A stretch of 58,694 nt of DNA from an uncultured bacterium (lineage in GTDB: Bacteria; Deinococcota; Deinococci; Deinococcales; Trueperaceae), in contig CAZHCI010000001.1 of NCBI GenBank assembly GCA_964530905.1, forward strand, positions 14,995-73,688. Reading direction: 5' to 3'. Under the pieces are notes generated by a model, which ran no database searches, was not told the DNA's origin, and worked only from the letters and a program-made list of their open reading frames with translations. This document shows, one piece after another, positions 9,096 through 17,442 of this stretch; the stretch's first letter is position 1, and every line of letters begins with the position of its first letter. Both the position numbers and the translations under genes were made by a program.

Positions 9096-9905
9096 GTGGC
9101 CGACCTTCAGGCCCTCATCCTCGGCATCGTGCAGGGGCTCACCGAGTTCCTACCGATCTCCAGCTCCGGGCACCTGGTGCTGGCGGCTACCTGGTTCGGC
9201 TTCCAGGCCGAGGGCGAGTCGCTGGAGCTGGCGGTCGACATCGCCACGAACACCGGCACGTTCCTGGCCGTGCTGATCGCGCTGCGTGCGGACGTCTGGA
9301 TGGCCGCGAGCGGCTTCGCGCGCGGCTTGGTCTCGGCCGAAGCGAGGCGCCAGGACGGCTGGCGGCTGGCCGTGCTCGTGATCATCGGATCGGTCCCCAC
9401 GGCGGCGATCGGTCTGGGGCTTCGGGGCGTGTTCGAGCACCTGAACGCGCCCCTTCCCGTGTCGCTGGCGCTGGCGGTCACCGGACTGATCCTGTGGACG
9501 GCGCCCACCAGGGGCGCTCGTCGCGAGAGTCGCGAGCTGGGCTGGCGCGACGCGCTGGTCGCCGGAACGGCCCAGGGTCTGGCGGTCGTCCCCGGCATCA
9601 GTCGATCGGGAAGCACGATCTCGGCCCTGCTCTGGCGCGACGTCGACGCGGCGCTGGCGGCCCGCCTGTCGTTCCTGCTCTACCTCGTCGCCTCGGCCGG
9701 CGTCGCGGTGCTGGGCTTCGCGGAGGTCCGCGACGCCGGGCTGGGCTGGCGCGCGGTGGCGTGGATGACGCTCGCGTCGTTCGTGACCGGCTGGCTGGCG
9801 CTGATCTGGCTGTTCCGACTGCTGAAGAAGGGGCGCTTCCGCTGGTTCGCGCCCTACCTGTGGACCGTGTCCGCCCTGACGATGCTTCGCCTGGTCGCGA
9901 GCTGA
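9096..9905 (+). CDS. uppP: Undecaprenyl-diphosphate phosphatase
   Basis: ORF 9096..9905 with a GTG start after GGAAGGA. Signature GIVQGLTEFLPISSSGHL and PGISRSGSTI. Polytopic membrane protein. Confidence 0.92.
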   Translation: MADLQALILGIVQGLTEFLPISSSGHLVLAATWFGFQAEGESLELAVDIATNTGTFLAVLIALRADVWMAASGFARGLVSAEARRQDGWRLAVLVIIGSVPTAAIGLGLRGVFEHLNAPLPVSLALAVTGLILWTAPTRGARRESRELGWRDALVAGTAQGLAVVPGISRSGSTISALLWRDVDAALAARLSFLLYLVASAGVAVLGFAEVRDAGLGWRAVAWMTLASFVTGWLALIWLFRLLKKGRFRWFAPYLWTVSALTMLRLVAS

Positions 9906-9950
9906 TTCCCCGCCGCAGGCCCGACGACCGGAGACGGTTCGGCGCCGGGC

Positions 9951-9956
9951 TATCAT
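9951..9956 (+). promoter_or_regulatory. -10 box TATCAT upstream of gltX (short leader with AAGGAG)
   Basis: Read directly. Confidence 0.4.
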
Positions 9957-9981
9957 CGAACGCCGAGAAGGAGACCGCGCC

Positions 9982-11523
9982 ATGAACGTCGTGACCCGAA
10001 TCGCGCCATCCCCCACCGGAGATCCCCACGTCGGCACGGCCTACGTGGGCTTGTTCAACTACGCCCTGGCCAAGCGCCACGGCGGGCGGTTCGTGTTCCG
10101 GCTCGAGGACACCGACCGCGAGCGCTACGACGCGGCCTCCGAGCTCCGCGTCCTGGAGATGTTCGAGTGGCTCGGCATCGCGCCCGACGAGGGTCCCGGC
10201 GTCGGCGGCCCGCACGGCCCCTACCGTCAGAGCGAGCGGATCGACCTGTACAGGGAGCACGCCGATCGCCTGCTGGCCTCGGGCGGCGCGTACCGCGCGT
10301 TCGAGAGCGAGGAGGAGCTCACGGCCATGCGGGCCGACCAGCAGCGTCGCGGCGCTCCTCTCGGCTACGACGGGCGCGGCCGAGCCGTCCCCCGCGACGA
10401 GCAGGAGCGGCGCGCAGCCGCAGGCGAGCCGCACGTGATCCGCCTGCGCACGCCCGACGACGGCGACACGGCGTTCGTCGACCTGCTCCGCGGCCAGATC
10501 GCGATCCCCAACGCGGAGATCAAGGACCCCGTCCTGGTCAAGAGCGACGGGTATCCCACCTACCACTTCGCGAACGTCGTGGACGATCGCGCGATGGAGG
10601 TGACGCACGTCATGCGGGCCGAGGAGTGGGTGACCAGCACGCCGATCCACGTGCTGCTCTACCGGGCGCTGGGGTGGGAGCTGCCGGTGTTCATCCACCT
10701 GCCGTTGCTGCGCAACCCCGACGCGAACAAGACGAAGATCAGCAAGCGCAAGCTCGACACCAGCGTGGACTCCTATCGACGGCAGGGCATCGTTCCCGAG
10801 GCGCTGCTGAACTTCCTGGCGACGATGGGCTGGAGCATGCCGGACGGCCGCGAGATCTTCGCGCTCGACGCCATGGTCGCGGTGTTCGATCCCGAGCGGA
10901 TCTCGCTGGGCGGGCCGGTGTTCGACCTCCGCAAGCTGCGGCACGTGAACGCGCGCTACCTGCGCGAGGTCCTGCCGCTCGAGGAGGTCGCGCGCCGGGC
11001 GGAGCCCGCGCTGAAGCAGGCCGGCTACGACGGCGACGACGAGGACTACCTGCTGGACGTCGTGGACGTGCTTCGGCCCCGGGCCGAGACGCTGAACGAC
11101 ATCGCCGAGCAGAGCGGCTACTTCTGGACCGACGCGTTCCCGATCTCCGACGAGGCGCGCAAGCGCATCGCGGCGGGCCAGCAGGCGCTCGAGGATCTCG
11201 AGCGCGAGTTCTCGATGCTGGACTTCTTCGACGAGGACGCGGTGGACGACCTGCTCGACGACTACGTGCGCTCCCGCGAGATCAAGAAGCCTCAGGTCCT
11301 GATGCCGATGCGGGCCGCGCTGACCGGCACGACGCAAGCGCCGTCGGTCACCGACCTCGTGGTGATCCTCGGGCGCGAGCGCGTGCTTCGCCGCATCGGC
11401 CGCGCGCTCTCGGAGATGACCGCGGCCCTGCCGGACGATCGGCCCACGCCCGAGGAGAACGCCGGCGACACCACGCCGGAGGGCGCCGGGAGCGACACCG
11501 GCCGGAGCGGAGCCGGCACCTGA
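9982..11523 (+). CDS. gltX: Glutamate--tRNA ligase
   Basis: ORF 9982..11523 with an AAGGAG RBS. RIAPSPTGDPHVGTAY (HIGH-type motif) and KISKRK (KMSKS-type motif). About 35 aa low-complexity C-terminal extension. Confidence 0.94.
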   Translation: MNVVTRIAPSPTGDPHVGTAYVGLFNYALAKRHGGRFVFRLEDTDRERYDAASELRVLEMFEWLGIAPDEGPGVGGPHGPYRQSERIDLYREHADRLLASGGAYRAFESEEELTAMRADQQRRGAPLGYDGRGRAVPRDEQERRAAAGEPHVIRLRTPDDGDTAFVDLLRGQIAIPNAEIKDPVLVKSDGYPTYHFANVVDDRAMEVTHVMRAEEWVTSTPIHVLLYRALGWELPVFIHLPLLRNPDANKTKISKRKLDTSVDSYRRQGIVPEALLNFLATMGWSMPDGREIFALDAMVAVFDPERISLGGPVFDLRKLRHVNARYLREVLPLEEVARRAEPALKQAGYDGDDEDYLLDVVDVLRPRAETLNDIAEQSGYFWTDAFPISDEARKRIAAGQQALEDLEREFSMLDFFDEDAVDDLLDDYVRSREIKKPQVLMPMRAALTGTTQAPSVTDLVVILGRERVLRRIGRALSEMTAALPDDRPTPEENAGDTTPEGAGSDTGRSGAGT

Positions 11524-12467
11524 TGGGTTGGTTCGACCGCCTTCGCCAGGGCCTGGGCAAGACCCGGGACGTGCTCACCACCGACGTCCGCGACCTGGGC
11601 AAGAGCTGGGAGATGGACTGGGACGATCTCGAGTTCGCGCTCATCGGCGCGGACGTGGGCGCCCGCATCGCCGCCGACGTCGTCGCCGAGGCCAAGCGTC
11701 AGCGCGAGGGCGGGGCCGCGTTCCGTGACGCGCTCGAGCAGGCGCTGCTCGACCAGCTCGAGCCGAACCGGATGCGCCAGAAGCTTCGCCGCGTCGGGTT
11801 CGAGCTCGACGTCAGCCGGAACGTCGTCGAGCCCGCCGGCCACGTCGTCATGGTCGTCGGCGTGAACGGCGTCGGCAAGACGACGACGATCGCGAAGCTC
11901 GGTCAGTACTACCAGCGGCTCGGGCGAAGCGTGATGTTCGCGGCCGGCGATACGTTCCGCGCCGCCGGCTCCGCGCAGCTCGGCGTGTGGGGCGAGCGGC
12001 TCGGCATCCCGACCCGGACCGGTCCCGACGGGGGCGACCCCGGCGCGGTCGCGTTCGACGCGGCCGCGGCCCGCAAGGCGAAGGGCACCGACCTGTTGTT
12101 CGTCGATACCGCCGGACGCCTCCACACGCAGCACAACCTGATGGAGGAGCTGAAGAAGGTCAGGCGCGTCATCGGCAAGGCCGATCCCGGCGAGCCGAAG
12201 GAGGTCTGGCTGGTGCTCGACGCCGTCACCGGCCAGAACGGCCTGCAGCAGGCCAAGCGGTTCCACGAGGCCGTCGACCTCACCGGCGTGATCGTCACGA
12301 AGCTCGACGGCACCGGCAAGGGCGGCATCCTGCTTCCCATCGTGCGCGAGCTGCAGCTGCCCATCAAGTTCATCGGCGTCGGCGAATCGGCCGAGGACCT
12401 CCAGCCGTACGACGCGGCCGCGTACGTGCACGCCCTGCTGGACATGCCGGCGCGCGAGGCCGCCTGA
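11523..12467 (+). CDS. ftsY: Signal recognition particle receptor FtsY (short N-terminus + NG domain)
   Basis: ATG 11523 shares one base with the gltX stop (TGATG). MGWFDRLRQGLGKTR..., GVNGVGKTTTIAKL, DTAGRLH, TKLDGTGKGG. Confidence 0.93.
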   Translation: MGWFDRLRQGLGKTRDVLTTDVRDLGKSWEMDWDDLEFALIGADVGARIAADVVAEAKRQREGGAAFRDALEQALLDQLEPNRMRQKLRRVGFELDVSRNVVEPAGHVVMVVGVNGVGKTTTIAKLGQYYQRLGRSVMFAAGDTFRAAGSAQLGVWGERLGIPTRTGPDGGDPGAVAFDAAAARKAKGTDLLFVDTAGRLHTQHNLMEELKKVRRVIGKADPGEPKEVWLVLDAVTGQNGLQQAKRFHEAVDLTGVIVTKLDGTGKGGILLPIVRELQLPIKFIGVGESAEDLQPYDAAAYVHALLDMPAREAA

Positions 12468-12490
12468 GCGTCGTGGCCGCCACGAACCGT

Positions 12491-12535
12491 CGCGGGGAGG
12501 GCCGCCGCGGGGAGGGCCGCCGCTCGGAGGGCCGC
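12491..12535 (+). repeat. Three tandem 15-bp repeats (CGCGGGGAGGGCCGC x2, CGCTCGGAGGGCCGC) in the ftsY-mqnB spacer
   Basis: Read directly. G-tracts fit G3+N1-7 x4. Confidence 0.85.
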
Positions 12536-12552
12536 GCTCGGGCCCGCGGGGC

Positions 12553-13320
12553 GTGAGCGCTCCTCGACGGACGCCCCCGTCGGCCGAGCCGCCGCTGCTG
12601 ATCGTCGCGGCGACCGAGGCGGAGCTCCGCCCCCTGCTGGCCGAGCTGCGCGACCCCCGTCCGATCGGCGACGACGCCTGGCCCGCCGCCTGGCTGGGAC
12701 GCCTGCGACAGCGACGCGTCGCGCTCGTGGCGTGCGGCGTCGGCAAGGCGTCGGCGGCCGCCGCGGTCGGCTGGTTCGCCGCCACCCTTCGTCCGTCCGC
12801 CTGCCTGATGACCGGCATCGCTGGCGCCTACGTCGGCGCGTTCGTTCCGGTGGGCGTGGCGGTCTGCGCCGCCTCGGAGACCGATCTCGACGCCGGCGTG
12901 GCGTACCGGACGCACACCGCGAGCCTCGCCGAGATCCCCCTCCCGCGCGTGCCCGCCGACGAACGCTCCGACCGTCCCGAGCTGTTCGAGGTCTTCCCCA
13001 CCGACCCGCGCTGGACCTCGGCGCTGTCCGGCGCGTGCGGCGCCGTGGCCGTTCCGTTCGCGACCTCCGACGCGATCGCGGGCGATCTGGACGTCGCCGC
13101 CGACCGCGCCGAGCGTTCGGGCGCGGCGGTCGAGTCGATGGAGGGCGCCGGCGCCGCCCTGACGTGCGCCCGGCTGGGGCTGCCGTTCGCGCAGGTGCGC
13201 GGCGTGAGCAACGTCGCCGGCGTCCGCGACAAGGCGGCGTGGAACGTCGGGGCGGCGGTTCGCGCCGCCTCGGACGCGGTCCTCGCCGCCCTGGGGACGG
13301 GGGCGGCGCCGAGGACGTGA
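12553..13320 (+). CDS. mqnB: Futalosine hydrolase (PNP/UDP phosphorylase family; menaquinone via futalosine)
   Basis: ORF 12553..13320 (GTG). LLIVAATEAELRPL, CGVGKASAAAAV, ESMEGAGAALTCARLGLPFAQVRGVSNVAGVRD fit the MqnB/MTA-nucleosidase fold. The start codon is uncertain. Confidence 0.7.
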   Translation: MSAPRRTPPSAEPPLLIVAATEAELRPLLAELRDPRPIGDDAWPAAWLGRLRQRRVALVACGVGKASAAAAVGWFAATLRPSACLMTGIAGAYVGAFVPVGVAVCAASETDLDAGVAYRTHTASLAEIPLPRVPADERSDRPELFEVFPTDPRWTSALSGACGAVAVPFATSDAIAGDLDVAADRAERSGAAVESMEGAGAALTCARLGLPFAQVRGVSNVAGVRDKAAWNVGAAVRAASDAVLAALGTGAAPRT

Positions 13321-13342
13321 GCGGGGAGCGGGAACGCTGCTG

Positions 13343-13348
13343 TATGCT
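13343..13348 (+). promoter_or_regulatory. -10 box TATGCT, 6 nt before the fba ATG
   Basis: Read directly. Confidence 0.45.
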
Positions 13349-13354
13349 GCGGAC

Positions 13355-14278
13355 ATGCCCCTCATGACCGGACTCGACATCCTGAAGGCGGCCCGCGACG
13401 GCCAGTACGGCGTCGGGGCCTTCAACACGAACGACATGGAGATCACCCAGGCGATCCTCGAGGCCGCCGAGGAGACGCGCAGCCCGGTGCTCGTCGCGCT
13501 GTCGGAAGGCGCGCTGAAGTACGGCGGCACGATCCTGCCCAAGATGGTCGTCGAGATGGCCCGCGACGCCACCGTGCCGGTCGCGATCCACCTCGATCAC
13601 GGCTCGTCGTACGAGTCGTGCCTACGGGCGATCCGGCTGGGCTTCACCTCGGTGATGATCGACAAGTCGCACGCCGACGAAGAGGTCAACGTGCGCGAGA
13701 CCGCTCGCGTGGTCCAGGCGGCTCACGCCGTCGGCGTCACGGTCGAGGCCGAGATCGGCCGGCTCGGCGGGGTCGAAGAGCACGTGGTCGTCAGCGAAGA
13801 GGACGCGATCCTCACCAAGCCGGACGAGGCCGAGCGGTTCATGCACGAGAGCGGCGCGGACTACCTCGCCGTCGCGATCGGCACCTCGCACGGAGCGAAC
13901 AAGGGTACGGGCCGGCCGTACATCGACCACGACCGGATCGTCGAGATCGCCTCGCGCCTGCCCCACCCGCTCGTGATGCACGGAGCCAGCGGCGTGCCCA
14001 GCGACATCGTCCGGCGCCTGAACGACGCCGGCGGATCGCTGGCCGACGCCAGCGGCATTCACGAGGACGACGTCCGCAAGGCCGTCACCGAGGGCATCGC
14101 CAAGATCAACACCGATACCGATCTGCGTCTCGCCTTCACCACCCGCGTGCGCGAGGTGCTGAAGGACGACCCGTCGCAGTTCGACCCCCGCAAGATCCTC
14201 GGGCCCGCCAGGGACGAGATGCGCCGCATCGTCGCAGAACGGATGCAGGTGTTCGGCTCGGCCGGCAAGGCCGACTGA
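13355..14278 (+). CDS. fba: Class II fructose-bisphosphate aldolase
   Basis: ORF 13355..14278. GVGAFNTNDMEITQAILEAAEETRSPVLV, HLDHGSS, GTSHGA, MHGASG. TATGCT box 6 nt before the ATG. Confidence 0.93.
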   Translation: MPLMTGLDILKAARDGQYGVGAFNTNDMEITQAILEAAEETRSPVLVALSEGALKYGGTILPKMVVEMARDATVPVAIHLDHGSSYESCLRAIRLGFTSVMIDKSHADEEVNVRETARVVQAAHAVGVTVEAEIGRLGGVEEHVVVSEEDAILTKPDEAERFMHESGADYLAVAIGTSHGANKGTGRPYIDHDRIVEIASRLPHPLVMHGASGVPSDIVRRLNDAGGSLADASGIHEDDVRKAVTEGIAKINTDTDLRLAFTTRVREVLKDDPSQFDPRKILGPARDEMRRIVAERMQVFGSAGKAD

Positions 14279-14294
14279 GCCGGGCACGACCCCC

Positions 14295-14324
14295 GCGCCG
14301 GGCTACGACGCGCCGGGCTACGAC
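14295..14324. repeat. Tandem 15-bp duplication GCGCCGGGCTACGAC x2 spanning the NFACT gene stop codon
   Basis: Read directly. Confidence 0.8.
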
Positions 14325-15898
14325 GCGTCTGGCGCGGCCTCCGCAGCCGGGTTTCGGCTGGGGGTGACGAACACGGTCTTCTGGTGCGCGAAGCGGACGG
14401 CGCCCGGCGGCCCCCCCTTCACCTTCCAGACGTGCTTCCGGAGCGTGTAGTCCACCGGCACGTTGTCGCCGCCCACCGCTTTCGAGTGCCCGGCGGCCAG
14501 CCGCGCGGCGAACAGCACGGTGTCGAACGGCACCTCGCGGCCCTGCGTCAGGATCACCACGTGGGAGCCGTGCCAGCCCTGCACGTGGAGCCAGACGTCG
14601 CGACTGCGCGCCACCTTGAACGTGACCTCGTCGTTCTCCCTGGCGTTGCGGCCCACCACCACCGTGAAGCCGTGGGGAGCGGGGTAGCGAAGCCCCACCT
14701 CGCGTCGCTTCGCGGCGCGCTTCGGTTCCAACGCATCCGCGCGTGCTCGCAGTGCGCCGTCGTCCAGCTCGCTCAGCGTTTCGAGCTGGGCCTCGAGATC
14801 GCGCAGCTCCTCGTCGAGCTCCGCAGCCCGCTTGAGCGCACGGTCCGCCCGCGCCTCGCGCCGGCGCGCCTGGGCGTAGCGCGCCTCGGCGTTCGCCGTC
14901 GCCGGCTGGGAGGGATCGAGCGCGATCTCGACGTCGCCGCCCTCGAACGCGGGCAGCGCCACGCGCGATGCGCCCGGCGGAACGCGTCCCGCGTAGGCGA
15001 GCAGGAGGTCGGCCTCTCCCCGGAGGCGAGCGGCGTCCTCCGCCGCGCTCAGCGTCCGATCGGCGTCGTGACGGCGCTTGCGAGCCAGCTCGGCCCGGTC
15101 GCTCAGATGCGCTCTGACGCGCCGAAGATCGGCGTCGCGACGCTCGCGCGCTCGCAACGTCGCGACGTCGGGTCGTCCCAGGGCCCGCTGCGCGGCGCCG
15201 GCGGGATCCTCGACCACCTCCGCCAGCGCCGAGAGGACGTCGTCGAGCGCCGGGCCTTCGAGGACGGCATCGGACGGCACGCCCGCCAGCGCCTGGATCG
15301 CCGCCGTGAGCTCCGGCCCGACCCCGTCCACCCGTCGCTTGATCTGGGCCGGGGTTCGCCCCTCGAGCGTGGCACGAAGCTCGTCCCGCGTGGCGTGACG
15401 CGGGTCGAGCTTGTCGTACGGCGGAGGCGGACGGTACGTCAGGCCGGCACGCACCTGGCGGTAGCGATTCATCTCGGAGCCGATCTCGCGGGCGGCCCCG
15501 ATGATCGTTCCCGCCTCGTCCACCAAGATCAGGTTCCCGTTCCGGCCGGTCAGCTCGGCGATCAGGTCGACCGGCGCCGCGCCGACGAAGCCGCCCGCCG
15601 CTCCGAAGCGGAGCCGCGCGATCCGGTCGAGGCCCGGCTGCACGGCGGCCACGAGCGGACCGACCGCCCGGGCACGGAGCAGCTCCTGGAACCCGGTGCG
15701 GGGCGCGCCGGCACCGGACGGCTGGTCGTGACGCAGCTCCAGGCGAGGCGTGGGAAGGCGATCGAAGCACCACAGCGCCACGTCGGGCACCAGCGGCAGG
15801 ACGGCGGTGTGCTCGTCGACGAAGCGCCAGTCCAGCCGCTCGGCCGGCGTGCGCGAGCGGACCTCGTCCAGAACCTGAGCGAGCAGGAGACCTTCCAT
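14318..15898 (-). CDS. rqcH: NFACT-family protein (FbpA / RqcH-like ribosome quality-control factor; NFACT-N plus DUF814/NFACT-R)
   Basis: 526 aa. N-terminal NFACT-N (LIAELTGRNGNLILVDEAGTIIGAAREI), a central coiled coil, and a C-terminal DUF814 (DVWLHVQGWHGSHVVILTQG...LAAGHSKA). TACACT box 7 nt before the ATG. Confidence 0.8.
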   Translation of the reverse strand: MEGLLLAQVLDEVRSRTPAERLDWRFVDEHTAVLPLVPDVALWCFDRLPTPRLELRHDQPSGAGAPRTGFQELLRARAVGPLVAAVQPGLDRIARLRFGAAGGFVGAAPVDLIAELTGRNGNLILVDEAGTIIGAAREIGSEMNRYRQVRAGLTYRPPPPYDKLDPRHATRDELRATLEGRTPAQIKRRVDGVGPELTAAIQALAGVPSDAVLEGPALDDVLSALAEVVEDPAGAAQRALGRPDVATLRARERRDADLRRVRAHLSDRAELARKRRHDADRTLSAAEDAARLRGEADLLLAYAGRVPPGASRVALPAFEGGDVEIALDPSQPATANAEARYAQARRREARADRALKRAAELDEELRDLEAQLETLSELDDGALRARADALEPKRAAKRREVGLRYPAPHGFTVVVGRNARENDEVTFKVARSRDVWLHVQGWHGSHVVILTQGREVPFDTVLFAARLAAGHSKAVGGDNVPVDYTLRKHVWKVKGGPPGAVRFAHQKTVFVTPSRNPAAEAAPDAS

Positions 15899-15905
15899 CT
15901 CGGGG

Positions 15906-15911
15906 AGTGTA
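15906..15911 (-). promoter_or_regulatory. -10 box TACACT, 7 nt before the NFACT gene ATG
   Basis: Read directly. Confidence 0.45.
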
Positions 15912-15962
15912 CCGTCGGATCGCGCGCCGCCCGTCCCCTGGGGACCGACCGCTCGCGAACGC

Positions 15963-17363
15963 TCAGTTCAGCCAGCGCTCGTGTCCGCCCAGCCAGCGGC
16001 GGGCCAGCTCGACCTGGGCTTCGAGCGGTCCGGCCCACTCGCTGCCCCCCTCGGCCCAGCTCAGCGCCTTGCGCGCGTGGATCAGGAGGTTCTCCGCCGA
16101 CGGCGGACCGCGCTGCGCGTACACGTCGGCGAGGAGCTGGTGCGCGGCGATCCAGGTCGGATCGCCCTGCGTGGTGGCGCTGACGGCGCGCTCCAGCCAC
16201 ACGACCGCCTCGTCGAGGTCGAAGTACTCGAACGCCACCGTGCCCAGCGTGAGGCACGCCGGGCCCGTCGCCCCCAGGTCCAGCGCGCGTACCGCCGTCT
16301 CGCGCGCCTCGGACAGGTCGCCGCGGCGAAGCTCGATCTCGGCGATGTCGGCGGTGGCCTCGCCGCGGTAGGGGTAGTCCGGATCGAGCAGGATCTCCTC
16401 GAGCGTCTCCTGGGCATCGTCGATCCGGTCGGCCTCGAGCAACGCGATGGCGCGCTCGTGCAGGGCGTACGCCCGCTCGGCCTCGGGCGCGTCGGCCAGC
16501 GCGTCGGCGATCCGGTCGGCGGCTTCCGCGTGCCGGCCCAGCCGCGCCAGCGCCTGCGCCCGCGCCTGCGCCACGGCGAACCGCCGGATCCCGTCCTCCG
16601 CCAAGCGGTCCGCCTCGTCCAGATCGTCCAGGGCGCGCCCAGGGTTACCGAGCTCCAGCTCCGCGCGGCCTCGGAGCTCGTGGCCCCAGCCCAGATCGGC
16701 CGGCGCCAACACGCCGGGGTCGAGCGTGGCGAGGAGCTGCCGCACCTCGGCGAACCGGCCGAGCTCGACGAGCGCGCTCGCGAGGTGAACGCGGACCGTC
16801 TCGCGCTCGGCCTCCGCCGCCGTCTCGAGCGCGTCGGCGAAGGCGGCGGCGGCGCCCTCCCAGTCGTCGGCGTCGGCGTGGGCATGCCCCAGCAGCGAGG
16901 CGCGACGCCAGCGGAGGTACTCGGGAAGCTCCGCAGCGGCGATGCCGCTCAGCGCGCGCCGCGCGGCTCGCGACGCCCCGGCGCACCAGAGCGCGCTGGC
17001 CGCGTGGTACGCGGCGACCGGATCGTCGTCGCCCAGACGGTCGACCCCGCGCCGGACCTCGTGGGCCGACGCGCCCTGGAGCGCCCGGAACTCCCAGTGC
17101 AACGCGCGATAGAGCGGCCAGCGAACCGCTTCCGGATCGGCCGACGCCACGGCCCGTAGCGCCCGCAGGCCGTGGTCGAGACCTTCGCGACCGTACAGCG
17201 CGTCGGCGGCTGCGAGATGCAGCTGGTACAGCGCCCGCACGAGCTGCGGACGGGTGCGCGCCGCCGCGTCCTCGAGCAACGCGAACGCCGCCTCGTAGCG
17301 CCCTTCGGCGAGGGCGCGCCGGGCGGGCTCGAGGTGCGGAAGCCGGGCACGACGGGGGACCAC
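15963..17363 (-). CDS. Tetratricopeptide-repeat protein
   Basis: 466 aa, Ala/Leu/Arg-rich, with repeated TPR-like helix pairs (GRYEAAFALLEDA..., GRHAEAADRIADAL..., GDLSEARETAVRAL...). No enzymatic motif seen. Confidence 0.7.
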   Translation of the reverse strand: MVPRRARLPHLEPARRALAEGRYEAAFALLEDAAARTRPQLVRALYQLHLAAADALYGREGLDHGLRALRAVASADPEAVRWPLYRALHWEFRALQGASAHEVRRGVDRLGDDDPVAAYHAASALWCAGASRAARRALSGIAAAELPEYLRWRRASLLGHAHADADDWEGAAAAFADALETAAEAERETVRVHLASALVELGRFAEVRQLLATLDPGVLAPADLGWGHELRGRAELELGNPGRALDDLDEADRLAEDGIRRFAVAQARAQALARLGRHAEAADRIADALADAPEAERAYALHERAIALLEADRIDDAQETLEEILLDPDYPYRGEATADIAEIELRRGDLSEARETAVRALDLGATGPACLTLGTVAFEYFDLDEAVVWLERAVSATTQGDPTWIAAHQLLADVYAQRGPPSAENLLIHARKALSWAEGGSEWAGPLEAQVELARRWLGGHERWLN

Positions 17364-17366
17364 GTC

Positions 17367-17438
17367 CGGACGCTATCACGGCGACGTCGGGCATCGCTCC
17401 CCGCACGCGGCACGAGCCCAGCGGCGTGATAGCGTCCG
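17367..17438. promoter_or_regulatory. Mirrored divergent promoter region: perfect 14-bp inverted repeat CGGACGCTATCACG / CGTGATAGCGTCCG, each arm carrying TGaTAGCGT
   Basis: Arms at 17367-17380 and 17425-17438, with a 44-nt spacer. They sit 3-4 nt from the TPR GTG (17363) and the M16 ATG (17443). Confidence 0.5.
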
Positions 17439-17442
17439 CGCC

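Noticed and set aside
12491-12535. Tandem repeats as a possible CRISPR array (also 37825..37866).
   Set aside because: The units are only 14-15 bp, directly abutting with no spacers, with only three copies and no cas genes in the window.
17367-17438. Inverted repeats (here and at 33476..33526) as terminal inverted repeats of a miniature mobile element.
   Set aside because: They enclose only 29-44 bp and have no target-site duplication or transposase. They sit exactly at -10 and start-codon distance of two divergent genes, so a promoter explanation fits better.
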